The notes under the pieces were generated by a model. That model was not told where the DNA came from. It ran no database searches and saw only the letters and a program-made list of their open reading frames with translations. From Macrostomum hystrix (lineage: Eukaryota; Animalia; Platyhelminthes), in the NCBI GenBank assembly GCA_950097015.1, contig CATNEN010000029.1, forward strand, positions 3,038,001-3,102,000: a stretch of 64,000 nt of DNA, given 5' to 3'. This document shows positions 51,348 through 63,785 of the stretch, one piece after another; position 1 is the stretch's first letter; every line of letters begins with the position of its first letter. The translations under genes were made by a program, and so were the position numbers.

Positions 51348-53517
51348 CACTGAGGTAGAGACACTGCGGTAAAGACACTGAGGTAGAGACACTGAGGTAG
51401 AGACACTCAGGTAGAGACACTGAAGTAGAGACACTGAGGTAGAGACACTCAGGTAGAGACACTCAGTTAGAGACACTGAGGTACAGACATTGAGGTAGAG
51501 ACACTGGTACAGGCATGGAGGTATAGAGACACTGGTACAGGCACTGGTACAGGTATAGGGACACTGGTACAGGTATAGAGACACTAGTACAGGTATAGAG
51601 ACACTAGTACAGGTATAGAGACACTGGTACAGGCACTGGTACAGGTATAGAGACACTGGTACAGGCACTGGTACAGGTATAGAGACACTAGTACAGGTAT
51701 AGAGACACTGGTACAGGCACTGGTACAGGTATAGAGACACTGGTACAGGTATAGAGACACTGGTGCAGGCACTGGTACAGGTATAGAGACACTGGTGCAG
51801 GCACTGGTACAGGTATAGAGACACTGGTGCAGGCACTGGTACAGGTATAGAGACACTGGTACAGGCACTGATACAGGTATAGAGACACTGGTACAGGCAC
51901 TGATACAGGTATAGAGACACTGGTACAGGCACTGATACAGGTATAGAGACACTGGTACAGGTATAGAGACACTGGTACAGGTATGGAGACACTGGTACAG
52001 GCACTGGTACAGGTATAGAGACACTGGTACAGGCACTGATACAGGTATAGAGACACTGGTACAGGCACTGATACAGGTATAGAGACACTGGTACAGGCAC
52101 TGATTACAGGTATAGAGACACTGGTACAGGCACTGGTACAGGTATAGAGACACTGGTACAGGCACTGGTACAGGTATAGAGACACTGGTACAGGTATAGA
52201 GACACTGGTGCAGGCACTGGTACAGGTATAGAGACACTGGTACAGGCACTGATACAGGTATAGAGACACTGTTACAGGCACTGATACAGGTATAGAGACA
52301 CTGGTACAGGCACTGGTACAGGTATAGAGACACTGGTGCAGGCACTGGTACAGGTATAGAGACACTGGTACAGGCACTGATACAGGTATAGAGACACTGG
52401 TGCAGGCACTGGTACAGGTATAGAGACACTGGTACAGGCACTGATACAGGTATAGAGACACTGGTACAGGCACTGATACAGGTATAGAGACACTGGTACA
52501 GGCACTGATACAGGTATAGAGACACTGGTACAGGCACTGATACAGGTATAGAGACACTGGTACAGGCACTGATACAGGTATAGAGACACTGGTACAGGCA
52601 CTGATACAGGTATAGAGACACTGGTACAGGCACTGGTACAGGTATAGAGACACTGGTGCAGGCACTGGTACAGGTATAGAGACACTGGTACAGGTATAGA
52701 GACACTGGTACAGGTATAGAGACACTGGTACAGGTATAGAGACACTGGTACAGGTATAGAGACACTGGTGCAGGCACTGGTACAGGTATAGAGACACTGG
52801 TACAGGCACTGATACAGGTATAGAGACACTGGTACAGGCACTGATACAGGTATAGAGACACTGGTACAGGCACTGGTACAGGTATAGAGACACTGGTGCA
52901 GGCACTGGTACAGGTATAGAGACACTGGTACAGGCACTGGTACAGGTATAGAGACACTGGTGCAGGCACTGGTACAGGTATAGAGACACTGGTACAGGCA
53001 CTGATACAGGTATAGAGACACTGGTGCAGGCACTGGTACAGGTATAGAGACACTGGTACAGGCACTGATACAGGTATAGAGACACTGGTGCAGGCACTGA
53101 TACAGGTATAGAGACACTGGTACAGGCACTGATACAGGTATAGAGACACTGGTACAGGTATAGAGACACTGGTACAGGCACTGATACAGGTATAGAGACA
53201 CTGGTACAGGCACTGGTACAGGTATAGAGACACTGGTACAGGCACTGGTACAGGTATAGAGACACTGGTACAGGCACTGGTACAGGTATAGAGACACTGG
53301 TACAGGCACTGATACAGGTATAGAGACACTGGTACAGGCACTGATACAGGTATAGAGACACTGGTACAGACACTGGTACAGGTATAGAGACACTGGTACA
53401 GACACTGGTACAGGTATAGAGACACTGGTACAGGTATAGAGACACTGGTACAGGCACTGGTACAGGTATAGAGACACTGGTACAGGTATAGAGACACTGG
53501 TACAGGTATAGAGACAC
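51348..53517. repeat. 12+20-bp compound minisatellite in PKG intron 8
   Basis: TGGTACAGGCAC and TGGTACAGGTATAGAGACAC units; source of the 724/609/423/267-aa spurious ORFs. Confidence 0.97.
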
Positions 53518-53593
53518 AGTGGAGCAAAGTTAAATAGAAGCATTCTGTTATACTATCATTATTATTAACAGTAATGAAACTCACGCAAAACAG

Positions 53594-53733
53594 GTGCGCA
53601 TTCGAAGCGACAATAGCCGCAGCTTCGCCCTGAAGCAGATGAAGAAGAGTCACATTGTGGAGACCAGACAGCAGGAACACATCATGAACGAGAGAAATAT
53701 TCTGGCCGATGCAAACTGCGAGTTTATTGTCAA
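53594..53733 (+). CDS. PRKG1: PKG exon 9
   Basis: FALKQMKKSHIVETRQQEHIMNERNIL...FIV. Confidence 0.97.
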
Positions 53734-53861
53734 GTGAGTGAGCGCTTTTATTCGTCAAATAATTTGAGGCGTTAAAAGAAATTAATTCCGGAACTAATTT
53801 TTTTAGTTTGAAAAGTCTTAAAATTTGACAGCATAACTTTACATTAATAATCCTATTTCAG

Positions 53862-53951
53862 ACTATATCGCACCTTCAAAGATCGCAAATATCTGTACAT
53901 GCTGATGGAGTCCTGCCTCGGTGGCGAGCTATGGACTGTACTCAGGGACAA
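53862..53951 (+). CDS. PRKG1: PKG exon 10
   Basis: [29 protein letters not shown]. Confidence 0.97.
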
Positions 53952-54047
53952 GTGAGCAGTGGTTTTATTCAGAGTTTTTGAATAAATGATCGCATCAAAG
54001 TATATGGTCGAATCATTTGAATTTTAATTCAAAAGGAATAAAAGACC

Positions 54048-54571
54048 TAGCCAATCAGGTATCTTAGCCAATCAGGTATCTTAGCCAATCAGGTATCTTA
54101 GCCAATCAGGTATCTTAGCCAATCAGATACCTTAAACAAACCGATACCTCAAACTATCAGTTGTATTAGCCAATCAGGTATCTTAGCCAATCAGTTATCT
54201 TAGCAAATCAGGTATCTTAGCCAATCAGATACCTTAAACAAATCGATACTCAAACAATCAGTCATATTAGCCAATCAGGTATCTTAGCCAATCAGGTAAC
54301 TTAGCCAATCAGGCATCTTAGCCAATCAGGTATCTTAGCCAATCAGGTATCTTAGCCAATCAGGTATCTTAGCCAATCAGATACCTTAAACAAATCGATA
54401 CTCAAACAATCAGTTATATTAGCCAATCAGGCATCTTAGCCAATCAGGCATCTTAGCCAATCAGGCATCTTAGCCAATCAGGTATCTTAAACAAATCGAT
54501 ACCTCAAGCAATCAGTTCTATTAGCCAATCAGTAATATTAGCCTATCAGATACCTTAGCCAATCTTAGCCA
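54048..54571. repeat. 17-bp CCAAT-containing minisatellite
   Basis: Unit TTAGCCAATCAGGTATC, about 20 AGCCAATCAG words. Confidence 0.93.
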
Positions 54572-54601
54572 AACGCTCAGCCAGTTATACCCGTCTTCTA
54601 G

Positions 54602-55030
54602 AGGCAACTTCGACGACAGCACAACCCGATTCTACGTTGGCTGCGTAGTGGAAGCCCTGCACTATCTGCATCGCAATGGCGTTGTTTATCGCGACCTGAA
54701 GCCCGAGAATCTGCTTTTGGACTCCGCAGGCTATTGCAAGCTGACGGACTTTGGCTTCGCCAAGCACATCGGTCTGGGCATGAAGACCTGGACATTCTGT
54801 GGCACACCTGAATACGTGCCACCTGAGGTTATTCTTAATAAAGGCCACGACTTGTCAGCGGACTTCTGGTCTCTGGGAATTCTAATGTTTGAGCTGTTGA
54901 CCGGAACTCCGCCATTTGCTGCGTCAGATCCAATGAAGACCTACAACATTATTTTGCGCGGCATTGACGCAGTCGACTTTCCAAGGAGGATTACGAGAAA
55001 TGCGCAGAATCTCATTAAGAAGCTTTGCCG
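54602..55030 (+). CDS. PRKG1: PKG exon 11 (catalytic loop to helix H)
   Basis: [51 protein letters not shown]. Confidence 0.98.
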
Positions 55031-55149
55031 GTTAGTTAGCGCTAATCTAAAATGAGGTTTTTGGTGACGTTTTTCTAGGAATGAGGGTATACGGGTTTTG
55101 GTGATTTTGTGATTTGGTGATGTTCTGGGTGTTTAGGACTATTGGTTAA

Positions 55150-55452
55150 ATGAGGGGTGTATGGGGTTGTTAGCTGAGTGAGGGGTTGTTTGGGGTTGTT
55201 GGCTGAGTGAGGGGTGTATGGGGTTGTTGGCTGAGTGAGGGGTGTATGGGGTTGTTGGCTGAGTGAGGGGTGTATGGGGTTGTTGGCTGAGTGAGGGGTG
55301 TTTGGGGTTGTTGGCTGAGTGAGGGGTGTTTGGGGTTGTTGGCTGAGTGAGGGGTGTATGGGGTTGTTGGCTGAGTGAGGGGTGTATGGGGTTGTTGGCT
55401 GAGTGAGGGGTGTTTGGGGTTGTTGGCTGAGTGAGGGGTGTTTGGGGTTGTT
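55150..55452. repeat. 28-bp minisatellite
   Basis: Unit GTTGGCTGAGTGAGGGGTGT(A/T)TGGGGTT. Confidence 0.93.
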
Positions 55453-55490
55453 AGATTATCCATGATTCTCTGCATTCTCCATTCCTCCAG

Positions 55491-55620
55491 CGACTTCCCA
55501 ACCGAGCGGCTAGGCGCAGGTCGGGGCGGTGTGATGGAGGTCTCCAAGCACATCTGGTTCGAGGGCTTCAACTGGGCTGGCATGAAGGCTCGTACATTAA
55601 CGCCTCCCATTGTGCCCCAG
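55491..55620 (+). CDS. PRKG1: PKG exon 12
   Basis: DFPTERLG...WFEGFNWAGMKARTLTPPIVPQ. Confidence 0.96.
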
Positions 55621-55825
55621 GTGAGCTGAGAGGCTACGAGACCTTTCATATCCCGAATAGCTCGTATGTTATCATTTCTCGAGTTCCAAATTCACAAGGT
55701 GTCATTTGCAATACACCTGTTGTGACGTTCTCATCACCAGACAGGAGTAAATGAATGTGGCCCCATAGAGGCTTAAATTTGTCTGGTAGCTTGGACAGTT
55801 AAGAAGATATTTTTAGTATCTAGGT

Positions 55826-56160
55826 CAATCAGAAATTTTAGCCAATCAGAAATTTTAGCCAATCAGAAATTTTAGCCAATCAGAAATTTTAGCCAATCAG
55901 AAATTTTAGCCAATCAGGAATTTTAGCCAATCAGGTATCTTAGCCAATCAGGTATCGTAGCCAATCAGGCACTTTATCCAACCAGGTATTTGATTGGCTA
56001 ACGCATTTAGCCTATTAGGTATTTTAGCGATCATGAATTTTAGCCAATCAGGTATCGTAGTTAATCAGGTATCGAAGCCAATCAGGTATCGTAGCCAATC
56101 AGGTATCGTAGCCAATCAGGTATCGTAACCAATCAGGTATTTTAGCCAATCAGGTATTTT
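55826..56160. repeat. 17-bp CCAAT-containing minisatellite, second array
   Basis: TTAGCCAATCAG(AAATT/GTATC), about a dozen copies. Confidence 0.9.
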
Positions 56161-56284
56161 AGTCATCTTAGCCTACTTCTAAAGTTAATTTGAGGATTTT
56201 CTGAGAACAGAAGTCATGCATCGCTTCGTCTGGGCCATCAGCCTTTCATGATGAACCGGAAATACCTGCCGTGGTGTTCTCCAG

Positions 56285-56380
56285 GTGTCGTCAGCGGTTG
56301 ACGCCAGCAACTTTGACGATTATCCGCCGGACCCGGAGCATCCGCCGGATGATGTCAGCGGTTGGGACAAAGACTTCTGA
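56285..56380 (+). CDS. PRKG1: PKG exon 13 (AGC C-terminal tail, stop)
   Basis: VSSAVDASNFDDYPPDPEHPPDDVSGWDKDF*; matches the PKG terminal SGWDxDF. Confidence 0.97.
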   Translation: MSSAVDASNFDDYPPDPEHPPDDVSGWDKDF

Positions 56381-57077
56381 CATTTCCCCTGGTTTCAAGC
56401 AACAGGAAGCTTATCAAGCGGATCATAACCTGAATGTTTGTTGTTCCGAATTCACATTTCCAAAGCCTTTTCATACTTTTTTCTATTGAATCTATTGAAA
56501 CTTTATTTGTCAAAGAAAGTTAAGAAAAGTGCATTTTCAAATTAATTTTAGCCTCGAGATAGTAGCTGAATGGACTAGATAGCTATTGTTTTATTTACGC
56601 CTAAGAAATTAAATTTTAGTTTCATGTATTTACTATTCCAAAGTAACTTAGTTAACAGTTTTTCCATATTTTGTTAATCTGATTGCAAAAAGAAGATAAA
56701 AAATTACTGTTATAGTCATTTGTTTTTGTGTTTTACTAGTTTACTTGCTTGTCTGAAAAGAAAAATTTCTTAGACGTGTTATAAACGCTTTTAATTAATT
56801 GTTTTCAATACTACTAATTAGTAGCACTTCATTGTTGACAGAAGTTGACGCCATGCATATTATCAAATTCTAATCTCACATCTTCTGACTGAATCTTATA
56901 AAAATCTAACGGAAGAGCTCATTCGCCCATTAAATAGTTTATCTGAAAACTGTTTCACCGAACATTTCATACTTATCTCAATATTTTGATCTCACACCAA
57001 TCTCAGTGAATATGGCATACCAAAGTCTTAGATCTCAAACAGATCTCAAAGTCTCAAAAGAGATCTTATACCAATTT

Positions 57078-57630
57078 CCACCAATCTCATCAGGGATATC
57101 ATACCAATCTCATCAGAGATATCATACCAATCTCATCAGAGATATCATACCAATCTCATCAGAGATATCACACCAATCTCATCAGAGATATCACTACCAA
57201 TCTCATCAGAGATATCACTACCAATCTCATCAGAGATATCACACCAATCTCATCAGAGATATTCACTACCAATCTCATCAGAGATATCATACCAATCTCA
57301 TCAGAGATATCATACCAATCTCATCAGAGATATCATACCAATCTCATCAGAGATATCATACCAATCTCATCAGAGATATCACTACCAATCTCATCAGAGA
57401 TATCACACCAATCTCATCAGAGATATCATACCAATCTCATCAGAGATATCATACCAATCTCATCAGAGATATCACACCAATCTCATCAGAGATATCACAC
57501 CATTCTCACTGGAGATCTCATACAAATCTCAAATAAGATCTCATACCATTCTCACTGGAGATCTCATACAATTCTCACGGGAGATATCATACCATTCTCA
57601 TGGGGATCTCATACCATTCTCACTGTAGAT
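57078..57630. repeat. 23-bp minisatellite
   Basis: Unit ACCAATCTCATCAGAGATATCA(T/C). Confidence 0.92.
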
Positions 57631-58062
57631 CTGTGAAAGCCGAAGAAGCTACAGGAATTCACCACCAACGGCTCGTGTCGTCTATTGACGGCTTGGAGTA
57701 CAACCTCCCCAAGCTTCAGCGGAGATGAAGCAAAGCCAGCCTCTTCATTCGCTTGCAGTTCCAGGCTAATGAGATGCGGCTTTCTCCCAAACTTCCTGCC
57801 CGAGTAGAGCACGCAATATCTTCTGCAAAGAGGAACCGGAGGACAAGTAGGACTGGTTGGACTATAGGAAATCGAACCTCAGCCAACACTGCAATCACTT
57901 CCTGGGTCCGACGCTTTTTTTCATCTGTTTTTCCCAAATGTCTGACACGCGGAATATTAAATAGCCAAATTTATTTCCGAACTTCTTCGCTAGGGGCACG
58001 AGAGTTTCAGCAGCCAAAATCAATAAGGCAAAGACATTTAGGTTTTTACACTGCAAATGGTA

Positions 58063-61041
58063 ACTGAAATGACCAGATACTGGATAAAGAATGACTGAAA
58101 TGACCAGATACTGGATAAAGAATGACTGAAATGACCAGATAGTGGATAAAGAATGATTGAAATGACCAGATAGTGGATAAAGAATGACTGAAATGACCAG
58201 ATAGTGGATAAAGAATGACTGAAATGACCAGATACTGGATAAAGAATGACTGAAATGACCAGATAGTGGATAAAGAATGACTGAAATGACCAGATACTGG
58301 ATAAAGAATGACTGAAATGACCAGATAGTGGATAAAGAATGACTGAAATGACCAGATAGTGGATAAAGAATGACTGAAATGACCAGATAGTGGATAAAGA
58401 ATGACTGAAATGACCAGATAGTGGATAAAGAATGACTGAAATGACCAGATAGTGGATAAAGAATGACTGAAATGACCAGATAGTGGATAAAGAATGACTG
58501 AAATGACCAGATAGTGGATAAAGAATGACTGAAATGACCAGATAGTGGATAAAGAATGATTAAAATGACCAGATAGTGGATAAAGAATGACTGAAATGAC
58601 CAGATAGTGGATAAAGAATGACTGAAATGACCAGATAGTGGATAAAGAATGACTGAAATGACCAGATACTGGATAAAGAATGACTGAAATGACCAGATAG
58701 TGGATAAAGAATGACTGAAATGACCAGATAGTGGATAAAGAATGACTGAAATGACCAGATAGTGGATAAAGAATGACTGAAATGACCAGATAGTGGATAA
58801 AGAATGACTGAAATGACCAGATAGTGGATAAAGAATGATTAAAATGACCAGATAGTGGATAAAGAATGACTGAAATGACCAGATAGTGGATAAAGAATGA
58901 CTGAAATGACCAGATAGTGGATAAAGAATGACTGAAATGACCAGATACTGGATAAAGAATGACTGAAATGACCAGATACTGGATAAAGAATGACTGAAAT
59001 GACCAGATAGTGGATAAAGAATGACTGAAATGACCAGATAGTGGATAAAGAATGACTGAAATGACCAGATAGTGGATAAAGAATGACTGAAATGACCAGA
59101 TAGTGGATAAAGAATGATTGAAATGACCAGATAGTGGATAAATAATGACTGAAATGACCAGATAGTGGATAAAGAATGACTGAAATGACCAGATAGTGGA
59201 TAAAGAATGACTGAAATGACCAGATAGTGGATAAAGAATGACTGAAATGACCAGATAGTGGATAAAGAATGATTGAAATGACCAGATAGTGGATAAAGAA
59301 TGACTGAAATGACCAGATAGTGGATAAAGAATGACTGAAATGACCAGATAGTGGATAAAGAATGACTGAAATGACCAGAAAGTGGATAAAGAATGACTGA
59401 AATGACCAGATAGTGGATAAAGAATGACTGAAATGACCCGATAGTGGATAAAGAATGACTGAAATGACCAGATAGTGGATAAAGAATGACTGAAATGACC
59501 AGATTGTGGAAAAAGAATGACTGAAATGACCAGATAGTGGATAAAGAATGACTGAAATGACCAGATAGTGGATAAAGAATGACTGAAATGACCAGATACT
59601 GGATAAAGAATGACTGAAATGACTAGATACTGGATAAAGAATGACTGAAATGACCAGATTGTGGATAAAGAATGACTGAAATGACCAGATAGTGGATAAA
59701 GAATGACTGAAATGACCAGATAGTGGATAAAGAATGACTGAAATGACCAGATAGTGGATAAAGAATGACTGAAATGACCAGATAGTGGATAAAGAATGAC
59801 TGAAATGACCAGATAGTGGATAAAGAATGATTAAAATGACCAGATAGTGGATAAAGAATGACTGAAATGACCAGATAGTGGATAAAGAATGACTGAAATG
59901 ACCAGATAGTGGATAAAGAATGACTGAAATGACCAGATACTGGATAAAGAATGACTGAAATGACCAGATAGTGGATAAAGAATGACTGAAATGACCAGAT
60001 AGTGGATAAAGAATGACTGAAATGACCAGATAGTGGATAAAGAATGACTGAAATGACCAGATAGTGGATAAAGAATGACTGAAATGACCAGATAGTGGAT
60101 AAAGAATGACTGAAATGACTAGATACTGGATAAAGAATGACTGAAATGACCAGATTGTGGATAAAGAATGACTGAAATGACCAGATAGTGGATAAAGAAT
60201 GACTGAAATGACCAGATACTGGATAAAGAATGACTGAAATGACCAGATAGTGGATAAAGAATGACTGAAATGACCAGATTGTGGATAAAGAATGACTGAA
60301 ATGACCAGATAGTGGATAAAGAATGACTGAAATGACCAGATAGTGGATAAAGAATGACTGAAATGACCAGATAGTGGATAAAGAATGACTGAAATGACCA
60401 GATACTGGATAAAGAATGACTGAAATGACCAGATAGTGGATAAAGAATGACTGAAATGACCAGATAGTGGATAAAGAATGACTGAAATGACTAGATAGTG
60501 GATAAAGAATGACTGAAATGACCAGATAGTGGATAAAGAATGACTGAAATGACCAGATAGTGGATAAAGAATGACTGAAATGACCAGATACTTGATAAAG
60601 AATGACTGAAATGACCAGATAGTAGATAAAGAATGACTGAAATGACCAGATTGTGGATAAAGAATGACTGAAATGACCAGATAGTGGATAAAGAATGACT
60701 GAAATGACCAGATACTGGATAAAGAATGACTGAAATGACCAGATAGTGGATAAAGAATGATTGAAATGACCAGATAGTGGATAAAGAATGACTGAAATGA
60801 CCAGATAGTGGATAAAGAATGACTGAAATGACCAGATAGTGGATAAAGAATGACTGAAATGACCAGATAGTGGATAAAGAATGACTGAAATGACCCGATA
60901 GTGGATAAAGAATGACTGAAACGACCAGATAGTGGATAAAGAATGACTGAAACGACCAGATAGTGGATAAAGAATGACTGAAATGACTAGATAAATAATG
61001 ACTGAAACGACCAGATAGTAGATAAAGAATGACTGAAATGA
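58063..61041. repeat. 31-bp minisatellite (~96 copies, ~3 kb)
   Basis: Unit ACTGAAATGACCAGATA(G/C)TGGATAAAGAATG. Confidence 0.98.
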
Positions 61042-61461
61042 TCATAGAGTGGGTATCAGGCTCATGCTGTTTCATCATTAGTCAGACTTAGCAGGATTTG
61101 CTTTTTTGTCGATCTAAGAAAATCATTTTATGTCTGTCGAACAGTGAGTTCTGTGCCTCGACACAATGAGCTGAAATGTACTTTAACTAAATCAACATTT
61201 TCGTCCTTCCCAGATTGCCTAATTTGGTAATCTATAATGGCTGCTGCCTGCTGCAAATCAGCTGGGTAATGAGCTGGTTTGGTCACTGTAGGGCCGCAGT
61301 GGGGATTGAGACCCGATGCGACTCATCATTGATGGATATGTTGCAAGGCTGGTCAGCTCAGGCCTTCAGGGCTGCAGATATTTAAGAAAACTGCAGATTT
61401 TAAAGCCAGTTGCTGAGATTGCAAATTGGTTACATTTTTTTAAATATGCCTAAATACTGCC

Positions 61462-61952
61462 GCAGATTTTGAGAATCCTGACGCAGATTTTGAATTCTGC
61501 TGTAGATTTTGAATCCTGCTGCAGATTTTGAATCCTGCTGCAGATTTTGAATCTTGACGCAGATTTTGAATCTTGACGCAGATTTTGAACCCTGCTGCAG
61601 ATTTTGAATCTTGACGCAGATTTTGAATTCTGCTGCAGATTTTGAATCTTGACGCAGATTTTGAATCCTGCTGCAGATTTTGAATCCTGCTGTAGATTTT
61701 TAATCCTGCTGCAGATTTTGAATCCTGCTGCAGATTTTGAATCTTAACGCAGATTTTGAATCCTGCTGCAGATTTTGAATCCTGCTGCAGATTTTGAATT
61801 TTGACGCAGATTTTGAATCTTGACGCAGATTTTGAATCTTGACGCAGATTTTGAATCTTGACGCAGATTTTGAATATTGACGCAGATTTTGAATTCTGCT
61901 GCAGATTTTGAATCCTGCTGCAGATATTGAATCTTGGCGCAGATTTTGAATC
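61462..61952. repeat. 19-bp minisatellite
   Basis: Unit GCAGATTTTGAATC(CTGCT/TTGAC). Confidence 0.94.
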
Positions 61953-63273
61953 ATTTTTTAGTTGAGCTGGAAATTTTAATAATTCTGCTGATTTTAAAAC
62001 AAATTGCAGATTTTTTCAGTGAAGCGATTGCTATAAAAGTTAACATTTTTCTGCTTCATTTTAAACTGAATCAAGAAATTCTAACCCGAAATATCAAAAG
62101 CTTTAGTGCCGAAATCGAGAAAGTGAAAGTTCAGCCTTAAAAAGATTGAACACTGGACTAGCCCAGAATGTCGCCCCATCTAGGAAAGTGTCTAACTGGT
62201 CAGTATCAGTTTCCTCTGACGAGCTGAGTATCACCAACTTCTCTGTAATCTCTGCAATGTCCCGAACGGCAAGTCATGCCGGTGATAACTTTAGGTGAGT
62301 TAATTCCGCATGACATTTCTGGAACACAGCAGCCGAGAGATTGGGCAGAGAGGGAGATTTAGCGACGCTTCGGGATTGGCTAGCCGTGAGGATCAGGGAA
62401 GCAAGCTTGGGAGATTTACTTGGGAAATCTAGACTAGTTTTAGAAGTCAAAGTAATCTTTCATCATTGACTGCGGTGCGTGAGATTGCCTTCAGCTGAAA
62501 TCAAGGTAAATAATTACTGGCGTTTGTTATTCTAGTATTCAAAGAGTTGCAAATTGTCGACTCGCTAACATCAGAAATATGATAAACACTCTGGTTCTAG
62601 GCTTTGATATTTATTTTAGCTTGTCGATACACAGAAATTATTTGCCACTTTCAACCAGCGAAATGAACCGATTTTAGGACACTATTGACCTTAACCATTA
62701 CTGAAACACATTCCGCTTTGATTTATTCGGCCTGTGAACTGCTATTTATGCGTTGAAAAATAATTATTACTCAAAAGCGCGCACTGCTTATATGCATATC
62801 GGAATATTTTTCCCTGGACCGTGAAAAGATCTAGTTTTCAGCATTTTTTTTTCGTTTTTTGCTTATGAAGTTACTTCACGAAACAATCTAGGATCTACAT
62901 CAGCTTCATAAACTTGAATTATCGCCAGAAATTTCCTACTTCTTCTTGCTGATTCTGAACTTCTTTCCGTCTAGAAATTTCTAGTAATAATTCAAGTTTA
63001 TGAGGCTCATGCAGATCGCAGATTGTTTCGTCCGTTGGGAAATTATTTTTGTTAATGCTGCGGCAAGTCAACTCAATTCCGGAACCAAAGCTCAACTTTC
63101 AGCAGGGGAATAGAAGGGTTGATTCTTCCACAAAAAAGTTTAGCTTAAATAACCGAAGGACAAGGATTGACAGATTAGATTTTGTAAGTGTTTTTATTAC
63201 CAGATCCGTACAAGTTCTAATTATTTTCATGAAGGATGACATCATTATTCTTCCGTACTCTCCCCCAAAAGGA

Positions 63274-63694
63274 TTACGTCATCATTCTTCCGTACTCTTA
63301 CAAGGATGACGTCATCGTTCTTTAGAACTCTTCCAAGGATTACGTCATCATTCTTCCGTACTCTTACAAGGATGACGTCATCTTTCTTTCGTACTCTTCC
63401 CACGATTGATGACGTCATTATTCTTTAATTCTCTACCCACGAAGGAAAACGTCCTAATTCTTCCGTATCCGTACTCTGTCTGCGAATGGTGACGCCACCA
63501 TCCTTTTATTTTCTAGCAATTAAGGATTACGTAATCAAACGCTCCCAAAATTATGACATTCTCAAATTCATTTAAAACGTGAAAAGCGTCATACTTATTA
63601 TTGCCTGAAACATTTTATCGACGTGATCAAGTGATATCCTCCTCATAAAGAATGACGTCAGCATTACTCTCTGCTCGTCCCGAGGATGACGTCA
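63274..63694. promoter_or_regulatory. Cluster of CRE (TGACGTCA) and TTACGTCA bZIP sites
   Basis: TGACGTCA at 63307, 63373, 63410, 63653 and 63687; TTACGTCA at 63274 and 63340; partly inside a degenerate ~33-bp repeat. Confidence 0.55.
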
Positions 63695-63785
63695 TCAAAA
63701 GTTTTCATATCTCGCTTTTCTATGCATAACAATAACACGAACCGCTCTGCCAACTCAAATTTTCTGTCTTGCGCAGGTAAACTGT

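Noticed and set aside
51297-53758. 724/609/423/267-aa minus-strand ORFs (YLYQCLYTC repeats)
   Set aside because: Stop-free translation of an intronic minisatellite, open in all three frames; the 724-aa start is antisense to PKG exon 9
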